Source of the DNA: Octopus vulgaris
Lineage: Eukaryota
NCBI GenBank assembly: GCA_951406725.2
Contig: OX597839.1
Coordinates: 30,318,001-30,382,000 of the forward strand
Direction of reading: 5' to 3'
Length of the DNA: 64,000 bases
The notes under the pieces: model-generated
Database searches by the model: none
What the model saw: only the letters and a program-made list of their open reading frames with translations
What the model was told of the DNA's origin: nothing
Part shown: in pieces, positions 61,539 through 64,000 of the stretch
How the letters are laid out: every line of letters starts with the position of its first letter
How positions within the stretch are numbered: the first letter of the stretch is position 1
Program-made: the position numbers and the translations under genes

Positions 61539-63622
61539 CATACACATATACACAATTTAATATAAATCATCAAGGAATTCTTCTAATTATCATCAAAAGT
61601 TCAATATTTGCCATTACATAAAGCAAGAAACTGTCATGCTGTGTGTGTGTGTGTATCTGGGTACACACACACACACCCACATATAAGAAAAGCAAAACTC
61701 ATTTGTGAGAGTGCATGCAACGAAGCTAAAATACTTTGAAATAAAATTAGAAAAAAAAAATCAGGAAAAATATTTGAAGCGAAAAAAAAAAGAAATGAAT
61801 AAAAAATATGTAAAAGTAAAGGAAAAACAACAACAATAAAAACAACAGATTTAATAAAATATAAACAAATGAAACAAAAAACAACAGTTTGGTGTGGATG
61901 AAATAATGAAACAATATAGAAGGAACCCCATTAGGTAACGGGTACGTCATTCAGGGATGAGTGGTAGTGTTAGTCATGGCTGGATTAGAATCAAGACAAT
62001 AAGTGAAGACAGTTGATCGTTTCTGGCCCTTTATCTCTGCAAACCAAGGACCTGACAGGACAGAGATGTGCATCCGTGTATATTAGTGAGGGGTGGCCAC
62101 ATCAAATAAACCCGGACTAATACAGTAAAGGACTTTTTTTTTCTGGTGCTCAACTGATTCTGCTGATCCTTTACCTTTGAGGGGAGGGGGTCCCAAATAA
62201 TAACAAGACATGCAACAACAATAACAGAAAGCAAAAAAAAAAAGGGACAAAAACAAACAAGAATAAATGTAAATAATTTCAAAAGAAAGAGAAAGCTGAA
62301 GGTGGGGAGTTGGTGGAGAGAAATGGGGGTCAAGGAGTCAGAGAGGTATAAAGGGTCAGAATGGAAGAGGTGAGAGATGGGTGTCTATAGGGGATAGTAG
62401 TATTGATGGAGGTGGGGGGATCTTTAGGGCTAGTATTCCAGTCTCTAAGACACTGGTACTTAACCATTTGTTTCATCTATGGACCTCTTTGATTACTTCT
62501 TTATTCTGGCAGACCCCTATTTTGTTTTCCCTGCATTCACTTGTGTAGGTTGAACCCTGTAAGCCGTCAGAGAAACAACCTCAGCTCTTTCTTGCAATAA
62601 ATACATCGAATGTAAAATTTTTTTTATGAACCCTGGAAAATACTATTGTAGATCCCCGGTTTACAATTTTGCTTGTGTGGACCCCAAAAATCTAATATGA
62701 AACTCAAGGGTCCATATGGACCTTGGTTGAGAGCCACAGCTCTAAGAAATTCATTTTGAAATTGCATGGTTTTAGGTCTGACCCTACCATGTGATTGATA
62801 CCTTGGGCAAGATTTTCTACCCTAGCCACCTTTTTTTCCCATAAGAATCAGGGAAGCCAGTGCTCTACTCTAGCTTGAGGTTTCTTGGAATGAAATATGA
62901 CAATCAGGCAATAGTACGTGATCAAAGCAATCATTCCCACTTGACCTTTAAGGGGCAACTTTCTCCTGACCCACTTCTGAATGAGACTGGCCACTCCCAC
63001 CACCTCTTCCCAGCTCCTGTCCACCTGGAGGTCCAGACTAAGTCTAATGACAGGATTCATCACTGGTCAACATGGATTTGCTTCTCCAAAGGCCAAGGGA
63101 CAAAGTTATCCAATGGCCCCAGGCGATGTCTGCTCCTCCATACTGTCCGTGTTCATCATGTCCAAAGTGCCCAACACCATAACGGTGATGTTGTCTTCAT
63201 ATACGGACACAGCTCTTCTGTGACCCAGTTCAAGCTAGACACTACTCCCCACCGTCTCTGCAGTTCCAAAGCCAAAACCTGCAGGAGAGGGAGACAGCCT
63301 TTTGATGCCAACCAGTTTCAAACAAATGACAAAGTTCACCTCAGCATCATCTGAACTCAGAATGCACAGAGTTGGAACAAATACTTTCACAACATTCTTC
63401 AATCTTATGTTCTAACGACATTCTCCATTTTACAACCACCCACCCCCACCCACACACTCTCTCTCTCTTTCTTTCTCTCCACATACACTCTTCCTTCTCT
63501 CTCACCTCACACACATACCATACACTCTCTTTCTCTCTCTCTCTACACACACACACACATGGTGTAGAAAGCAGAACTATTCCTGTTAAATGACTCACTG
63601 CTTCTGAGAAATTTGTCATCTG
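33344..63622 (-). CDS. ARHGEF26: Ephexin-family Rho GEF (DH-PH-SH3), 17 exons in window, 5' end missing; likely co-orthologue of NGEF/ARHGEF5/15/16/19/26
   Basis: Exon lengths sum to 2195 nt with matching phases; EPLYQ motif, DH ([29 protein letters not shown]), PH (YLFLFNDLLLLTKK) and SH3 (DELSL; GWYYG; GWFP) domains. Confidence 0.9.
34520..34606. repeat. (GA)n microsatellite
   Basis: Uninterrupted GA dinucleotide run. Confidence 0.95.
34761..34865 (-). CDS. ARHGEF26: Ephexin exon (SH3 N-half)
   Basis: DCPEVEAICSYKAYEKDELSLEPNDVVTVFRKLND; CAG/GTAAGG; phase 1-1. Confidence 0.93.
35814..35890 (-). CDS. ARHGEF26: Ephexin exon (PH C-terminal helix)
   Basis: NDCERWLTAVTPVTVEGNERIYSAW; TAG/GTGAGT; phase 2-1. 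Confidence 0.92.
36655..36840 (-). CDS. ARHGEF26: Ephexin exon (PH)
   Basis: NHYDVVDYCSRAFL...LVMLENFENKRVEMILAFNS; TAG/GTAAGT; phase 2-2. Confidence 0.92.
36936..37707 (-). mobile_element. Non-autonomous pogo/Tigger-like DNA transposon
   Basis: TA|CAGTAATGCCTCA...TGAGGTATTACTG|TA; residual KPTTLDLFF, like Tigger-type transposase C-termini. Confidence 0.75.
38054..38285. mobile_element. Degenerate hAT-type MITE, same family as 62451-62739
   Basis: CAATGGCTCTTGA...ACCTCTG ends; near-matching 8-bp flanks GTCTAAAG/GTTTAGAG; shared GGACCCC blocks. Confidence 0.55.
38518..38684 (-). CDS. ARHGEF26: Ephexin exon (PH N-half)
   Basis: EFPLISASRMLVKKGE...YLFLFNDLLLLTKKR; CAG/GTAATT; phase 0-2. Confidence 0.94.
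38834..39130 (+). mobile_element. tRNA-derived SINE, family B
   Basis: TGAAGGC..TGGTTAG head, GTTCAATTCC B-box, tail GGAGTGCTCAGCCACTTGCAC; other copies at ~41915-42235 (-), ~54551-54880, ~61131-61300 and ~27690-27910 (-). Confidence 0.75.
39476..39565 (-). CDS. ARHGEF26: Ephexin exon (DH C-terminus)
   Basis: IVKQCNEGARQMECMEELIALQKQMQFKVK; CAG/GTAAGG; phase 0-0. Confidence 0.94.
40064..40268. mobile_element. piggyBac-type MITE (TTAA TSD)
   Basis: TTAA|CCCTTTAGCATT...AATGCCAAAAAGGG|TTAA; related copies at ~30850-31035, ~35575-35780, ~54517-55035 and ~58101-58320. Confidence 0.75.
40991..41192 (-). CDS. ARHGEF26: Ephexin exon (DH)
   Basis: [40 protein letters not shown]...AINK; TAG/GTGAGT; phase 2-0. 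Confidence 0.95.
41671..41826 (-). CDS. ARHGEF26: Ephexin exon (DH)
   Basis: FLADLEERW...FNVYIRYCTNMTYQERMYNKL; TAG/GTGAGT; phase 2-2. Confidence 0.95.
42960..43135 (-). CDS. ARHGEF26: Ephexin exon (DH N-terminus)
   Basis: [19 protein letters not shown]...MFSNIGAVRETSE; CAG/GTAAGT; phase 0-2. Confidence 0.95.
44788..45264. mobile_element. Second palindromic Penelope-like element (~230-bp arms), intronic
   Basis: 44788-45020 is an imperfect reverse complement of ~45035-45264; adjacent to TA repeats; hammerhead-like motif in each arm. Confidence 0.78.
45176..45217 (+). ncRNA. Minimal hammerhead ribozyme variant
   Basis: CAG-TTGAAGA-AGTC(tcaat)GACT-GAAACCGGTA-TTG: U3 variant core, perfect 4-bp stem II, palindromic ACCGGT stem III; mirrored, more degenerate copy at 44838-44880 (-). 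Confidence 0.58.
46137..46193 (-). CDS. ARHGEF26: Ephexin exon (pre-DH)
   Basis: VKNSGLLKTISDSERKCQE; CAG/GTAAAA; phase 0-0. Confidence 0.92.
47903..48057 (-). CDS. ARHGEF26: Ephexin exon
   Basis: HIYCEIGSLDSG...QRTLWHEMPQ (ephexin-type LWxELP motif); CAG/GTAAAC; phase 1-0. Confidence 0.9.
48930..49050 (-). CDS. ARHGEF26: Ephexin exon with EPLYQ motif
   Basis: DEDNLYGVNNERYKSCFGLEPLYQFCGTDIKKQKKGVNRN; CAG/GTATGT; phase 0-1. Confidence 0.85.
50618..50709. repeat. 27-bp minisatellite, ~3.4 copies
   Basis: CAATCAGACTATGGTGCCCAACTGGAG units, alternating CAAT/CAGT starts. Confidence 0.9.
50841..50868 (-). CDS. ARHGEF26: Ephexin 28-nt microexon
   Basis: gtctctccacAG|T TTT CCT GAC TTA AAC AAA CTA GAT TAC|GTAAGT; phase 2-0, needed to bridge its neighbours. 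Confidence 0.8.
51095..51275. repeat. Higher-order repeat of CATGCATGCTAT-(CT)n-(CA)n
   Basis: Four to five visible units. Confidence 0.85.
51551..51850 (+). mobile_element. RTE 3'-end copy (extreme truncation or RTE-tailed SINE)
   Basis: Matches the reverse complement of 4080-4320 and ends GGACGTTAAACGATGAT; similar pieces at ~46825-47030, ~49320-49732, ~57165-57420 (-) and ~41215-41400 (-). Confidence 0.85.
52864..52960 (-). CDS. ARHGEF26: Ephexin N-terminal exon
   Basis: GETENRKLSHQLSEDYVCMSSPDFLTNSSEH; ttgtttaAAG/GTGAGA; phase 1-2. Confidence 0.78.
57002..57063 (-). CDS. ARHGEF26: Ephexin N-terminal exon
   Basis: NSSSQDSSSNDSLPGSKTKP; ttctctttgaacAG/GTTAGT; phase 2-1. Confidence 0.75.
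58728..59076 (-). CDS. ARHGEF26: Ephexin N-terminal proline-rich exon
   Basis: SFPQCTKAK...SWMSLQDSGNYS...LRRKNAIKRQS...PPPIPPR...PPLPPRK...SPKNN; TAG/GTGAGT; phase 1-2. Confidence 0.8.
60364..60740 (+). mobile_element. Near-intact tRNA-derived SINE, family A
   Basis: TGTGGTAAG head, GGCACCTTGGGCAAGT core, internal TA/TG microsatellite, tail GGTGCTCCAGCATGGCCACAG..CTGAAAC; other copies at ~13290-13490 (-), ~34130-34480, ~36160-36610, ~57425-57735 (-) and ~59930-60280 (-). Confidence 0.85.
62451..62739. mobile_element. hAT (Charlie-like) MITE
   Basis: Identical 8-bp TSD CTCTAAGA at 62443-62450 and 62740-62747; ends CACTGGTACTTAACC / GGTTGAGAGCCACAG. Confidence 0.78.
62900..63340 (-). mobile_element. 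Degenerate Tx1/L1-clade RT fragment
   Basis: SKGCLPLLQVLALEL (cf. RQGCPLSPLLYVLALEPL), VSVYEDNITVMV (cf. VSAYADDITV), DLQVDRSWEEV...WVRRKLPLKG. Confidence 0.7.
63599..63622 (-). CDS. ARHGEF26: Probable ephexin 24-nt microexon with NAGNAG acceptor
   Basis: ctttgttttctacttCAG|CAGATGACAAATTTCTCAGAAGCA|GTGAGT; phase 1-1 reading xDDKFLRS fits the next exon. Confidence 0.6.
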
Positions 63623-64000
63623 CTGAAGTAGAAAACAAAGAGATATTTAATGGGGGGGGGACACACAAACAGGTATCTTACTTCCCCCCTCACCCTTTCA
63701 CAAATTTAGTAACAATTTTTAAAAAAATCATTTTCCATTTGTGAAGTATTCCATGTAGTTTTCTTTCATTATTTCTTTATTTTCATTCTCTATTTTTAAA
63801 GATTTTTATTCCTTCCATCTCCCCACCTCTTCTTCTCATTCTGTCATTCACTCATTCATTGATCTTTTCATTCTTTCATTCTTATAATCTGATTCATTCT
63901 CATTCTGCTATTCACACCTCATTCCATTTTCCTTCCACCAACTCTACACTTGAAGAAGATAATACCAGTTACATACTGGGGGCCAATTCATCACCACCAC

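Noticed and set aside
62860-63354. 164-aa plus-strand ORF as a gene
   Set aside because: Antisense shadow of a decayed Tx1/L1 RT fragment

Overview
AT-rich, microsatellite- and transposon-dense animal genomic DNA. The repeat families and (GAT)n-tailed RTE LINEs look like coleoid cephalopod (Octopus) sequence, which is my inference. Two host genes are visible. (1) A minus-strand ephexin-family RhoGEF (DH-PH-SH3; ARHGEF26/NGEF-like). I chained 17 exons (33344-63622) by hand with consistent GT-AG phases, giving about 730 codons, with the 5' end outside the window. (2) The last coding exon of an LPCAT3/nessy-like MBOAT gene on the plus strand (2269-2370), followed by an intron that starts 6 nt after the stop and a probable 3'UTR exon from 8579. 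The rest is mostly mobile DNA: three RTE LINEs, CR1-like LINEs, R4-like and Tx1-like RT relics, an IR/DR Tc1 element, a truncated Helitron, several MITE families and three SINE families. The most striking unexplained structures are ~450-bp near-perfect palindromes in (TA)n tracts that carry a hammerhead-ribozyme fold near each outer end, one per strand, plus degenerate hammerhead relics elsewhere. Other notable items are a foldback MITE with internal telomeric repeats, a hairpin array with one homogenised arm, a SINE>Tc1>LINE triple nest and a SINE/LINE shared 3' tail.
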